The notes under the pieces are model-generated. The model was not told the origin of the DNA. It was given only the letters and a program-made list of their open reading frames with translations, and did no database searches. From IMG/VR virus record IMGVR_UViG_3300020201_000023, positions 1 to 55,743 of that record: a stretch of 55,743 bases of DNA. One strand, given 5' to 3'. A program made the position numbers and the translations under genes. Position 1 is the first letter of the stretch, and each line of letters begins with the position of its first letter. This DNA is from a virus (lineage: Duplodnaviria > Caudoviricetes). Shown here piece by piece: positions 26,090-36,254 of the stretch.

Positions 26090-28734
26090 CTCGCGAACTG
26101 CCGCGCGGCCTTGTTGCCCGTGCCGAACGCGATTAGCCCGGCGGCAGTGGCGATGTAGCAGTATGCCTGCTGCGACGTCGTCGCTACCGCCGCGACTCCG
26201 TACTCGAGATTGAGCGTGCCGCCCGGCGTGGCGCCCGATATCGTGCCGATCGTGATCGTCCGCGTCGCGACGTTGACGGCCGTAACCGTGGCGGTGATCT
26301 CGCTTGGACCCGTGGTGTTGTATTGCCGCAGGATGACGCGGTCGCCGACGAGCCACGCCGACGCGGTCGCATATCCACCCGGCTGCACCGCATCGAGCAG
26401 CACGTCGCGCGTCACGCCTGCCGACACGCTGGTCACGCGCGAACTCGGAGCGTAGCCGGCGATCCGCAACTGAGTCGCGAAGATGGTGAGCTCGACGCAC
26501 GATTGCGAAGGCTTCACCTGCCGGCCGATGACGAAGCCCGAGACGGCGGAGATGCCGCGCCCGCCGTCCACGGCGTCGGGCAGCTGAGAGATGGTCACGC
26601 TGACCTGCGCGCCGATCGTCGCGTTGATGGCGTCGAGCGGGCACATGACAGTGATCGACGTGTACGCCGCGCCGAGAGAGCCGAGCCATCCTTGCGCGAG
26701 CGCGACGACGTCCGCCGTCGGCATCGTGGAGTCGCCGAGAAACGCCTCGGAGCGCGGCTCGATCTTCATCACGAACGGCAGCGGCTGCCGGCTCAGCGCG
26801 GCCGAGTCGCGCACGTTGAACGAATCGCCAATGTGCTTGCCAGTCAGCACGTCGAAGCCCGACTTGACCGCAATCGTGTTGACGAGTCCGAACGCCGACG
26901 GCTCGTATCCGGGGCGCTGTTTGCCGCTGAGATTCTTGCTCGCGTTGATCGCGTACGTACCCGCTTCGGTCGCCGCGCCGATGCGGAACTCGACAGCGGT
27001 CCAGGCGCCGGTCGTTGTAATCGACGGCACCATGCCGAGCAGTTTCAACTCCTCGGCGATCATCTTGCTCAGCGAGAAGTCGGACGACCCTCCGTAGAAG
27101 CGCTGGTCAACCCACGCACGGCCGAGCGCGACGGCGTCGACGTTGGCGGCCGTCGTGAGGTAGTCGATGTGATTCGTCGTAACCATCGGCGAACGGCCGA
27201 GCGGCGCTTCGTCGGGCGCCTCGAGCGCAAGCGTGGCCATGAAGTCGCCGAAGTTCCCGGCGCTGACGTAGGTGCGGGCGACCTGCACCGTCGGAGCGAT
27301 GTCGCGCGTCCAGATGCGTTGCGAGGCACCGCTGCTGGACTGGGCGATCGTCGCTGCGCGCGTCGTCGAGTTCCACGCGGTCACTCGGTACACCATACCC
27401 CTACTGAACGCGCTGCCGGACCCGTCCGCCCACTCGATGTAGAGCGCATCGCCGACGCGCAAGGACGTAGTGCCGCCCATGTACAGCACGTCAGCACGAC
27501 CAGAGCCGCCGCCGCTGCGCCCTGGAGTCCCGGTAAAGTAGCCGCCGACAAACCCACGCGGCACAGTGCCAGCGCCGACGATAGGGTACGTCGCCGGGAT
27601 CTGATATGTGGTGTTCGCGGCAACGGTGGTCACGGCTGCGCCGGTCGTTGTGTTGTAGTAAAAGTCACGCCCGCTGATCGTCGGGTCAAGCGGACCACCG
27701 CAAACTACGCTGAGCCACAGATTCGACGCCGCGGTGGTGTAGAGCAGCCCCCACGCGCCGTCTACAGTGGGCACCGCGACGAGCCGCGGCGCTGCGCCTC
27801 CAGCCACGTTGAGCGCGTTGGCGCCCCATCCGGCGGTCGCCGTTGTAACCGCTGCGTTGAACGCGGCGCACCACGCGTCTTGCGTCTCGTAGAAGGCTGG
27901 CGGAAACGGGACCGTCGCGGTGTCAGTTGACGGCGCGCTGACGTTTGTGGTGTTGGTGAGCCGGGTAATGCGCAGCGTCGGCGCCGTCGTCGAGTTGTAG
28001 ACGATGCCGCGCAGCGTCGCCGGGTCTTGCAGGTCAGTCGACATCGACTGGTCGAGGATGCTCGTGACGCTGCCGATCGGCAGATCCCACGACGTCAGTC
28101 CGCGGATGCGCGGCTCTCCGCAGATGCCGCGCCACACGAGCGTCCCGTCGCCGGTCTCGCCGTCGCCGTATGCGTAGACCGCCGCGATCAGCCCCTTGAT
28201 CGACGGCCGGCCGTTGAACGCGCCGACGTCCTCGGTCGTCACCTCGGGGCGCGAGAGGTTGAGTCCAGGATTGTAGATGTGCGACTGAGCGAGCGTCTGC
28301 CGGTATCCGCGCGTCACCGTCGGCGCGAAGGTACCGCCGCCGCTCGTGATGAGCATGCACTCTTGACCGACGAAGAGAACATCGCCGTTCGCCGTGTCCG
28401 TGCTGACGAGCGGTATCGCGACGGCCGCCGCGTTGATCGACGACGACAGGTAGTTGACCTTCGTCGGCTGCCTCACGAACGAGTCGCCGACGCGGTGCGC
28501 GCCGTCCTCGACGATCGACGCGGTGAAGCCGGTCCCGGAGAGCTTGCCGACGGCGGGGTCGAGTCGCTCGCCCCATTGAATGCTCTTGGCGTCGAGCCCG
28601 GCGACGCGGATGCGGCCGTCCGTGCTCGCGCCGACGAGCCGCGTGGAGCTCACCACCTCGATCGGGTGCCCGAGTATCATCAGGCGGAACGCGGTCGCGC
28701 CACTGCCCGTCTCGACGACGCGAGCCCAGGTCAC
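26086..28734 (-). CDS. Large tail tip / baseplate-hub-like protein
   Basis: 882 aa, T/G/S-rich, second gene after the tape measure. Confidence 0.7.
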   Translation of the reverse strand: MTWARVVETGSGATAFRLMILGHPIEVVSSTRLVGASTDGRIRVAGLDAKSIQWGERLDPAVGKLSGTGFTASIVEDGAHRVGDSFVRQPTKVNYLSSSINAAAVAIPLVSTDTANGDVLFVGQECMLITSGGGTFAPTVTRGYRQTLAQSHIYNPGLNLSRPEVTTEDVGAFNGRPSIKGLIAAVYAYGDGETGDGTLVWRGICGEPRIRGLTSWDLPIGSVTSILDQSMSTDLQDPATLRGIVYNSTTAPTLRITRLTNTTNVSAPSTDTATVPFPPAFYETQDAWCAAFNAAVTTATAGWGANALNVAGGAAPRLVAVPTVDGAWGLLYTTAASNLWLSVVCGGPLDPTISGRDFYYNTTTGAAVTTVAANTTYQIPATYPIVGAGTVPRGFVGGYFTGTPGRSGGGSGRADVLYMGGTTSLRVGDALYIEWADGSGSAFSRGMVYRVTAWNSTTRAATIAQSSSGASQRIWTRDIAPTVQVARTYVSAGNFGDFMATLALEAPDEAPLGRSPMVTTNHIDYLTTAANVDAVALGRAWVDQRFYGGSSDFSLSKMIAEELKLLGMVPSITTTGAWTAVEFRIGAATEAGTYAINASKNLSGKQRPGYEPSAFGLVNTIAVKSGFDVLTGKHIGDSFNVRDSAALSRQPLPFVMKIEPRSEAFLGDSTMPTADVVALAQGWLGSLGAAYTSITVMCPLDAINATIGAQVSVTISQLPDAVDGGRGISAVSGFVIGRQVKPSQSCVELTIFATQLRIAGYAPSSRVTSVSAGVTRDVLLDAVQPGGYATASAWLVGDRVILRQYNTTGPSEITATVTAVNVATRTITIGTISGATPGGTLNLEYGVAAVATTSQQAYCYIATAAGLIAFGTGNKAARQFAS

Positions 28735-29591
28735 AGCGCCACCGTCGCGTCGATGTATCGCGCCATGAACGGCAGCGTCCAGTGACCGTCAAAGTCGGGC
28801 GTGACGCGCTCCGGCTTCCACGACGCGGTTTCCTCGCGCATCTTGTAGAGGTCGCCTTCGCCCTTCACCGACGCGACGCGGTCGATGAGCAGATACGGCA
28901 GCGAGGCGCGGACGTGCTTGTAGAAGTCCTCCCACGACCACCACACTTTGGTGCTGGCGCCAACGTCGACGCGGCGCACGGGAGCGCCGCCGACAGCCGC
29001 CGCTGCGTTCCACGCCGCGTTCGTCGGCCCGGTGGGCGACTCCATCGGCTGCGACCAATCGCGGTACGTCGCGATCCTGTCGGGATACGTCGAGTAAGCG
29101 CTGCCGTCGTCGGCTTCCGCGTAATCGATCTTGCCGGGCGCCTCGAAGGTGCCGGAGTCGCGCGACTGGCCGCCGATGACGCTGATGCACGTGTACTTCG
29201 GGCGCTTCGTCGAGAGGTAAAAAATCTGACCCGACAGGCTCGCCTCGAAGCCGAAGATGTCGCGCAGTTCGGCGCCGAGGAGCCCGTGCCAGGTGACGGA
29301 AAACGTCGACGCGCACGACAGTAGATATTGGTTGTTTGCCGGCGAATACGTCACGACGAGCCCGCCCGCGACCATCGCCACGACAGCAGCGCGCCACGAC
29401 GCGAGCGCGACGCCGTCGACCGTCTGCGATGACGGCCGCGCGGTGTCGCCGTGTAGATACATGCCAGCCGTGAATCCCGCCGTGCCCGTCAGCGTGCCGC
29501 CGCCGAAGGTCGCACCGTTGACGCCGGCCGTGACGGCGCCGAGGTTCATGCGGCCGAAGTCCCACGCGGCAGAGTAGAGGTCGCGCGGCAT
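28731..29591 (-). CDS. Distal-tail-like minor tail protein
   Basis: Directly follows the tape measure gene. Confidence 0.6.
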   Translation of the reverse strand: MPRDLYSAAWDFGRMNLGAVTAGVNGATFGGGTLTGTAGFTAGMYLHGDTARPSSQTVDGVALASWRAAVVAMVAGGLVVTYSPANNQYLLSCASTFSVTWHGLLGAELRDIFGFEASLSGQIFYLSTKRPKYTCISVIGGQSRDSGTFEAPGKIDYAEADDGSAYSTYPDRIATYRDWSQPMESPTGPTNAAWNAAAAVGGAPVRRVDVGASTKVWWSWEDFYKHVRASLPYLLIDRVASVKGEGDLYKMREETASWKPERVTPDFDGHWTLPFMARYIDATVAL

Positions 29592-30964
29592 CAGGCAGCC
29601 CTCCGAGACGTGGACGCGCCGATGGCGTCAACAAGCATGTCGCCGAGTTGCTCGCGGTCGGCCGCGTAGACCAGCGCCGAGCTGCCCCAATTGATGTTGT
29701 AGACGTCGCCGCCGCGACCGCCGCCGGCGTCCGCTGACGATATCGGCCCTGCGCCCGCGCCCGATGTTGCCGGCGCGCTCGCGCCGCCACCGCCACCGCC
29801 CGCGGCTGCGCCAGCCTTGACGCCTGCGATCACGAACATCGCAGCAGCCGCTGTGTGTGCGATGCCCTGCGGGATGTTGAACGACGCATAGGAAGCGACG
29901 GCCTGCGCGGTCGACAGCGCGGCGCCGATGATCGACTCGATGATCGCGGCCTGCGCCTTGATCTTGACCTTCTCTTTCTCGCTCTTGCGCGAGCCTTCGA
30001 GAGACGCGTCGACCGCCGACGTAACGACGTTCATCGCGCCCATCGTCGCGGACTGGATGTCGGCGACGACTGACGCGGCCTTCTCGCGCGCCTCGACTTC
30101 GCGGTCGATCGCGCGTCGCACACCTTCGACGCGGCGCTCTTCGTCGGCGATCGACTGGTCGACGATGCGCTGATTCTCGACTTCTCCGTCTTGCTTGATC
30201 AGGTCGAGTTTCGCCTGATGTGCGGCGGCGGCCTCTTCGGCGGCGAGTGCGGCCTCGGCCGCTTGCTCCGCTGCCTTGTTCGCCATGTCTTTGCTGGCGT
30301 CGTTTTCGGGCGCGCGAGCCCCGCCACCGCCGCCACCGCGACGACGACTTGGGTCACCGAGCCCGGCCTCTTCCGATAGCAGCGCGATCCGGCGAAGCGT
30401 CGCAGCGTTGCGCTCGGCGTCGGCTCTCGCGAGGTCCGCGCGGACCGTGTCGAGCGCCGCTTGCCGGTTGTCGTACGCCGACCCCGCGCGCTCTTCTGCG
30501 GTCTGCTCCTCGAGGGCTAGCCCGCGCTGCTGGTCGCGATACCGGGCGCTCGCCGCCGTGACAGTGTCCTGCGCTATGGCGGCGCGCTCGAGCGCTGCGG
30601 TGTGCGCGGACCACAGCGCCGTCGCCGCTGTCACTGCCGCCGACACGATGCCGATCGCGATGCCGACCGGGCCGAGCCCCGCGGTGGCGAGCGACTGGAT
30701 TGACCCGAGCGCCTGGCCGACCACGCCGACCGTCTGCCCGAGCCCGGAGTTCATCCGGCCGATCGTGCCGGCGACGAGCCCCACCGTGGAACCGAACTGC
30801 CCGACGCCGGCACCGGCCGTGCGCATCGCCGCGCCGGCCGAAGTCGCCGCCGCCGCCGCCGCCCTTGACGACGCGGCGTTGGCCGTGCTTGCGGCGGTGA
30901 CCGCGTTGAACGCAGCGCTCGCGCCGTCGTCCTTGTAGACAATGCGTCCGACGACGTCGTTCAT
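29591..30964 (-). CDS. Tail tape-measure protein (short, 457 aa)
   Basis: Ala/Gly-rich helical protein with hydrophobic segments; follows the chaperone pair. Confidence 0.75.
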   Translation of the reverse strand: MNDVVGRIVYKDDGASAAFNAVTAASTANAASSRAAAAAATSAGAAMRTAGAGVGQFGSTVGLVAGTIGRMNSGLGQTVGVVGQALGSIQSLATAGLGPVGIAIGIVSAAVTAATALWSAHTAALERAAIAQDTVTAASARYRDQQRGLALEEQTAEERAGSAYDNRQAALDTVRADLARADAERNAATLRRIALLSEEAGLGDPSRRRGGGGGGARAPENDASKDMANKAAEQAAEAALAAEEAAAAHQAKLDLIKQDGEVENQRIVDQSIADEERRVEGVRRAIDREVEAREKAASVVADIQSATMGAMNVVTSAVDASLEGSRKSEKEKVKIKAQAAIIESIIGAALSTAQAVASYASFNIPQGIAHTAAAAMFVIAGVKAGAAAGGGGGGASAPATSGAGAGPISSADAGGGRGGDVYNINWGSSALVYAADREQLGDMLVDAIGASTSRRAA

Positions 30965-31479
30965 CTTGCGCCCTCTCTTACGATACGCGCCAGCCGCTCA
31001 GCTTCGACCTTTGCGCGCAGGTCCACGAGTTCAATGTGCGACTGAACCAATGAGATCATCTCGGCAGCCTCGACGACGACGGCAAGTTGGTCATCGACGT
31101 CCACCGCGCCGGCTAGCACGCGGCGGCGCAGCGTCATGGCCGCTTGGATGACAGGGTCTTCGTACGTGCGCCACGGACACGTCTGCGGCTCCGCGCTAGC
31201 GTCGATGCGGATGCGCGTACGCAGCCTCGGAATCTGCGCGCCGACGCCGGAGAGCGCTGCTACGTGGACAGGGCGCCGCTCTCCGCCGCCGCAGTCGCAT
31301 CCCCAGGCGTCTCGGACGGCTCGAGCACCGTCGGGCTCGATGTTGGCGAAGTCAAGTCCGCGTCGGTGGTCGGCGTGCGTGACACTTCCGCCGCGAGGGT
31401 GCCCGCAAGGTACTGGAGTTGCTGCGCCAGAGCGTGCGTTGAGGTAAGCGGCAGCGGCGCAAAGGCCACGCCGAAAGGG
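30961..31479 (-). CDS. Tail assembly chaperone, GT-like -1 frameshift extension
   Basis: Open -1 frame entered at C CCT TTC (31473-31479), ending at the tape-measure start. Confidence 0.7.
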   Translation of the reverse strand, partial: PFRRGLCAAAAYLNARSGAATPVPCGHPRGGSVTHADHRRGLDFANIEPDGARAVRDAWGCDCGGGERRPVHVAALSGVGAQIPRLRTRIRIDASAEPQTCPWRTYEDPVIQAAMTLRRRVLAGAVDVDDQLAVVVEAAEMISLVQSHIELVDLRAKVEAERLARIVREGAR

Positions 31480-31931
31480 CCGACGCGACTCCGGTTGTAG
31501 GCCACCGCGCCGATCTCGTAGAGCGTCTCGACGCCTACGCGCTCGGCCAGGTAGTCGAGCGCGACGTCGTCGAACGGCTGCCCGTGTGCCGGCGGGAAGA
31601 CCGTCGTCGCATCGGTCGCGAGAGGCGGCGAGAGGTCGGCGCGGACAAGGGCGTACGCGAGCGCATGGAGCCATCGCGCCTCCGCCGTCGGCAGCGAGTC
31701 GCACTGCACGCGCTCGAAGGCGCGCAGTGGGCGCAGCGTGAACGTCGACGCGCGTTTGAGCGGTCGCACTTTGACGAGCGCCGGGTCGCGCGAGCCGTAG
31801 CCGGCGGGCTTGCCGAAGTGCGTGTCGTAGTCGCTGCGCGCGAGTCCGTAGCCCATGGCGACGACGTCGATCGCAGGGTCGAAACTGACGTAGCAGGTGA
31901 GTTGTTTGGCGGGGTCTTGTTCGTGATTCAT
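31260..31931 (-). CDS. Tail assembly chaperone (G-like)
   Basis: Between tail tube and tape measure; S/T/P-rich tail after the slippery site. Confidence 0.7.
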   Translation of the reverse strand: MNHEQDPAKQLTCYVSFDPAIDVVAMGYGLARSDYDTHFGKPAGYGSRDPALVKVRPLKRASTFTLRPLRAFERVQCDSLPTAEARWLHALAYALVRADLSPPLATDATTVFPPAHGQPFDDVALDYLAERVGVETLYEIGAVAYNRSRVGPFGVAFAPLPLTSTHALAQQLQYLAGTLAAEVSRTPTTDADLTSPTSSPTVLEPSETPGDATAAAESGALST

Positions 31932-31970
31932 TCGGTGCGCCTCCTCAAGCGCAGTCGATGTCGGCAGTTC

Positions 31971-33239
31971 TCAGAAGACGTGCATGCGCAGTGCGGAGCG
32001 GCCGAGGTCGGTCGCCACGGCGATGCTCGAGTCGTTGCGGCCGGCCCACGAGACCGTCAGCCCGTAGAGGTCGGCGGCGTCGGTGCGCGTCGGCACCGCC
32101 GAGATCTGCGCTGTCGGCGCGGTGAGCAGCACGATACCGCTCGTGGTCATGCCGATCTGCTGATGGATGAGCAAGTCCGCACGCGCCGCGTCCTGCGTGA
32201 GCCAGTTCAGCGCGTCGTCGCCGTACGCCACAAACTTCCCCGAGACGGCGCGCGAGCGGCTGCGCTTCCACCCGATCAGGTTGCTCGACTGCAGCCCATC
32301 GGGCGACGTGATCGGAGTGACCGCAATGCCCGGCGTCCACGTGCTCGACTGGTGCGGAACGAGCGTGCGCGTCGTGCTGCCGACGACGCCGACGAGGAGC
32401 TCGGAGCCCATGTGGACGATCGGCGAGAATCCGGGAATCGACGCGGGCGCCGCAAGCGTCAGCGTCGACGTGCGCAGCCACGACGCGCCGGTGAGCGTGA
32501 CCGGCAACTTGGCGATCGCGCCGGTCGTGATGTCGATCGCGAACGTGCCTTGCGAGCCGAGCACGACGTATTCATCGCCGGCCTCGACGCCCTCGGTGAG
32601 CCACTGGAGCGTCGTCAGGTTGGACGCGATGCCCTCGATGCAGTGGAACGTCGTCGGCCAAAACACCTGCGCCCCGGTGGCGGGCGCCGTGCTGTGCGCG
32701 ATCTTCGGCACCACCGCCGAGGCCGTGAACGACAGAATCTCGCGCGCCTCGATGGTACCGTTCGGCATCACGACGGCGTAAGCGCCGCCAGCGAGCGCGA
32801 AGTTCGTCCCGTGGTTCGTCGTGATCGGAACGTTCGTTGCCGTCGGCGTGCCCGTCGTCAGCGTCAGCGCGTTCAGCGCCGTCGTGCCCTGATACACGCC
32901 GCCCATCAGCCGAGACAGCAGCCGGTGTAGCCCCCACGTCGAGCTCGTCAGGAAACCCGGCGACGCGAGCCCGTTGCACGCGTTGCCGGTGCCGGCGAGG
33001 TACGCCGTGAATCCAAGCGTGCTCGACTTCTTGCCGAGCAACATCTTGCTGTCGGTGAACGCGTGGACGAACTGCTGCATCACCTCGGGCTCGAGATGGT
33101 CTTGCAGCCCGACGAACGTGCCGGTCCCCTCGACGATCGGGAGGTCGATGAAGTTCGCTTGGGTGCCCGATTCGGACACGCAAAACACGGCCTCGTTGGA
33201 GACGCGGAGTCGGCCAATCTTGCTGATCTCGGTTGCCAT
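31971..33239 (-). CDS. Major tail (tube) protein
   Basis: Position after the head-tail connectors and before the chaperones; strong RBS; T-rich beta protein. Confidence 0.7.
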   Translation of the reverse strand: MATEISKIGRLRVSNEAVFCVSESGTQANFIDLPIVEGTGTFVGLQDHLEPEVMQQFVHAFTDSKMLLGKKSSTLGFTAYLAGTGNACNGLASPGFLTSSTWGLHRLLSRLMGGVYQGTTALNALTLTTGTPTATNVPITTNHGTNFALAGGAYAVVMPNGTIEAREILSFTASAVVPKIAHSTAPATGAQVFWPTTFHCIEGIASNLTTLQWLTEGVEAGDEYVVLGSQGTFAIDITTGAIAKLPVTLTGASWLRTSTLTLAAPASIPGFSPIVHMGSELLVGVVGSTTRTLVPHQSSTWTPGIAVTPITSPDGLQSSNLIGWKRSRSRAVSGKFVAYGDDALNWLTQDAARADLLIHQQIGMTTSGIVLLTAPTAQISAVPTRTDAADLYGLTVSWAGRNDSSIAVATDLGRSALRMHVF

Positions 33240-33249
33240 GCGCGAACTC

Positions 33250-33828
33250 CTACGTCGTCGACTCGGTCGTGACGACCGTGCCTGTAAAGACGTTCTGAAT
33301 TTGGAAGAGACCGCCGCCGGCCGTCTGCCCCGACTGCGGCGCGTCGTCGCGTACGACAGACCACCCGGCGCCGGTCAGATAGCCGCCCACGATGCCGGTC
33401 GAGTCAACGGCTGTCTGCGACGGTGGAGTAACCGTGGCCGCGAGCTTGCCGGGCCAGATGAAAGCGACGGTGATTGCGTGCGCGACGGCATCGGCTCTCT
33501 CTTTCGGCGACGAGTAGGACTCGGCTCCGAGTGCCTGCGTGGTGAGCAAATACGTGAGCGTGATGGTCACGTCGATGCCGATGATGACCATCGGCCCCGG
33601 ACCCATGATCGCGTCAGGCGACGGTGGGTATGCGATGGCGATTAGCGCGAGCCCGTTCGTCAGTCCGCCCACCGCGTGAGCGAGGACTCGCCCCGATATC
33701 GTCTCGTCAGTGGCGCCCTCGGCGATGTCGCACGACAGCAGCCCGACGGGGATTGCGCGGACGCCGGTGATGTCGCCCTCGAGCACTTGCCGGATGCACT
33801 TGCGGATTGCGGAGGATTGCAGCGGCAT
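33250..33828 (-). CDS. Tail terminator/completion-like protein
   Basis: Synteny only. Confidence 0.5.
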   Translation of the reverse strand: MPLQSSAIRKCIRQVLEGDITGVRAIPVGLLSCDIAEGATDETISGRVLAHAVGGLTNGLALIAIAYPPSPDAIMGPGPMVIIGIDVTITLTYLLTTQALGAESYSSPKERADAVAHAITVAFIWPGKLAATVTPPSQTAVDSTGIVGGYLTGAGWSVVRDDAPQSGQTAGGGLFQIQNVFTGTVVTTESTT

Positions 33829-33829
33829 G

Positions 33830-34150
33830 TCAGCGATTGGCGATCGTGATAGACACGCTGCGCTCGTAGATGCGGCCCGGCGCAACGTCGCCCGATGCGC
33901 GGCAGGTAACGAGATAACTCTCGCCCGCGCGGCCGTTCGCTAGCCAGATGGTCGCCGTGGAAATGTTGAACGTCGGCGCGTACGGAGCGCCGAGGGCCAC
34001 GGCGTTGATAAGCGCGGTGCCGGTGGTCCCCGCCGCGCCTTGGAGCGAGATGGTCCACGTGGCGTCGGCCAGGTTCTCCGGCGGCGCGATGTCCTCAAAT
34101 TTGATCGAGTAGTCGAGCACGTCCGCGGGGTCTTTGACTGGCCAGAACAT
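33830..34150 (-). CDS. Small virion adaptor-type protein (KDPxDVLDY family)
   Basis: KDPADVLDYSIKF...TATIWLANGRAGESYLVTC...ERSVSITI. Confidence 0.65.
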   Translation of the reverse strand: MFWPVKDPADVLDYSIKFEDIAPPENLADATWTISLQGAAGTTGTALINAVALGAPYAPTFNISTATIWLANGRAGESYLVTCRASGDVAPGRIYERSVSITIANR

Positions 34151-34151
34151 A

Positions 34152-34319
34152 CTACCCCCTAACCGTACGCGACTGCGCCGCGATGACGACCGCTCGAGAT
34201 GCTGCCGGCGCCGTAGTCGCCCGCGACTGCGCGGCGACTGATGCTGCTCGCGATTCGCCCGGCGACGACACTGCGCGCGACTGGCGCTGCGTGCGCTGCG
34301 TGCGGGACGCATCGGGCAT
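34152..34319 (-). CDS. 55-aa protein built of six 9-aa xSR repeats
   Basis: ASRTQRTQR QSRAVSSPG ESRAASVAA QSRATTAPA ASRAVVIAA QSRTVRG; RBS AAGGGGA. Confidence 0.6.
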   Translation of the reverse strand: MPDASRTQRTQRQSRAVSSPGESRAASVAAQSRATTAPAASRAVVIAAQSRTVRG

Positions 34320-34329
34320 GCTCGTCCCC

Positions 34330-34860
34330 TTACGCCGTGCGGCCGGTCGTGATGTAGGTGCCGACGGCGCGCGCGAGTCGGTCGAACACGAGCGCACTCG
34401 GGCCGATTTCGATCAGCGTGCCGGCGATGGTGAACGGCAAGAACGCGCGCGCCGGAATCTTCGTCGTCCACGGCGTGCCAGCGGGGCGCGTGCCGCTCTT
34501 GCGTTTCAACGTGCCGCTCTTCGTCGCGCCGAAGTTCTGCGCCCCGGCGTATGGCACGTTGGTGCCGATGGTGAGGTCCATCCGACCGGCGGTGACAGAG
34601 TTGCCGTCACGCAGCGCGCCGGTATCTTCGAGCGGCTTGCTGCTGCCGCGCCGCCGCTTGTCGATCGTGCTCTGCGCCAATGGCTTCCACGGCGTGCCGT
34701 CCGGGCCGCGCGAGTTGCGGAACGAATCGCGGATTAGCCGCAGTATCATCTCCGACTGCGCGCGCAGCACGGGGCCGAGATCCTTCGCGCGCGCGGACAT
34801 CTCGCGCAGCGCCTTCGCCGCGTCGTCAGGCGACTGGCCGGGCGCGAAGGTGATCGTCAC
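34330..34860 (-). CDS. Phage virion morphogenesis protein (Mu gpG-like)
   Basis: GPDGTPWKPLAQST, LEDTGALR, IGTNVPYA, IPARAFL. Confidence 0.88.
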   Translation of the reverse strand: MTITFAPGQSPDDAAKALREMSARAKDLGPVLRAQSEMILRLIRDSFRNSRGPDGTPWKPLAQSTIDKRRRGSSKPLEDTGALRDGNSVTAGRMDLTIGTNVPYAGAQNFGATKSGTLKRKSGTRPAGTPWTTKIPARAFLPFTIAGTLIEIGPSALVFDRLARAVGTYITTGRTA

Positions 34861-35339
34861 GAGAAGCCGGCCAGCCCCGCGCGAGTGAACCGCGGCTGCA
34901 AGTCGGTGTTCGTGTCGTCGACCGCGAGCCCGCCGCTGCCGTTGGCGATCTCGCCGCCAGCCGAGCCGCCGAGCGGGTCACGCTCGAGCCCCGGCAAGTT
35001 GATGCGCGGCGCGTTCGGCGCGTCCACATAGAGTTTCTCGCTCGCCTGCCCGACGGTGCGCCCGACGTTGACGTCGCGGCCGTAGCCGAAGGCAAGGATG
35101 GTGAACTCGTCGAAGGCCATCGCGACAAGCGCAACGAACGCCGCGCCGCTCGACGGCTCCGGCCCGGTCGCCGTGACCGTCGAGTAGCCGCCGCGATTCG
35201 CCGCCGCGACGACCTCCGCGTCAGCGCGTGCGATCCACGCGTCGATCGCGGAGGCGTCGCCGAGCGATGCGAGTTTCGCCGCGCCAGTGACCGCGCCGCC
35301 GAACATCGCTGTGATGTGTGCCGGCGTGAGAAATGCCAT
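34857..35339 (-). CDS. Head-tail adaptor (Mu gp36-like)
   Basis: IDAWIARADAEV and C-terminal RFTRAGLAGF; synteny. Confidence 0.6.
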   Translation of the reverse strand: MAFLTPAHITAMFGGAVTGAAKLASLGDASAIDAWIARADAEVVAAANRGGYSTVTATGPEPSSGAAFVALVAMAFDEFTILAFGYGRDVNVGRTVGQASEKLYVDAPNAPRINLPGLERDPLGGSAGGEIANGSGGLAVDDTNTDLQPRFTRAGLAGFS

Positions 35340-35354
35340 GACGCGACCTCCGGG

Positions 35355-36121
35355 TCAGCCGACGAGAGTGAACGTACCCGGTGCGCCGTCTTCGCTGAGA
35401 TCGGCGCCGCAGGTGAACACGATGCCGCTCGGCTTCGTGACCTCGACCGTGCAGCCGCCGTCTGGTCCGGCCCAATCGCCGACGCCGCGCAGGACGCCGG
35501 GATAGGGGCCGTTGCCGGCCGGCCCGGTGTACATGATGGACGCGCCGATCACGAGCTCGGTGACGCCGTGGTGGAGCTTCGATGCGGTCTTGCTCTTGCT
35601 CACTTGCCACCGTCCTTGCGCGCCGCACGCTCTGCTGCGATCGCCTTGGCGACCTCGTCGCGGATGATCGCCGCGACGTCCGGCGTGATGCCGCGCGCCC
35701 CGACAGCCGCAGTCGCAGCCGCCTCCGCGTCTGCGCGCTTGGCTTCCATCGTCGTCGAGTCGAGGCTGCCGATCGGGCGCAGCGACGTGATCGGCAGAAG
35801 CTCGCGGCGCATGTCGTCGCGGAAACTCTGCGACACGCTTCCGGGGTATTGCTCGGGAAGCCGGCCCTTCGCCGCGCCGACCCACTCGGCCATCATGCGC
35901 GCGTGACGATCGACGGCTGCGCGGTGCGCGTCCTCCTGCGTCTCGAGCAGCGCGACGAGCCGCGGGTAGTCGGCCGCGTAGATGCGCACCTCGTGCACGC
36001 CACTCGGGTAGATGACGCCGTCCGGCAGCGCCTGCCCCATGTGACCGGGGCGGATGGTAACTTCCACGAGCATCCGCGGCTCGTTCGCTCGCGGGTCGAC
36101 CTTGATCATTTGCGTCTGCAT
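35355..36121 (-). CDS. Two hypothetical head-region genes (35355-35603, 35600-36121)
   Basis: RBS AGGAG; GTGA overlap. Confidence 0.6.
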
Positions 36122-36254
36122 GTCTCATCTCCTCTTGATGGCGCTGCGAATATCAGCGGGGCCACGTACCGGAATTGCACCGGCGCGCGATTGCTCGCGC
36201 CTTGCGTGGCTTGGAAGGCGACGCGCTCACGCCGAAGCGGAGCGCGTCAGTTGC

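Noticed and set aside
22698-28734. Diversity-generating retroelement or invertible tail-fibre cassette
   Set aside because: No reverse transcriptase, TR/VR pair or invertase is visible.
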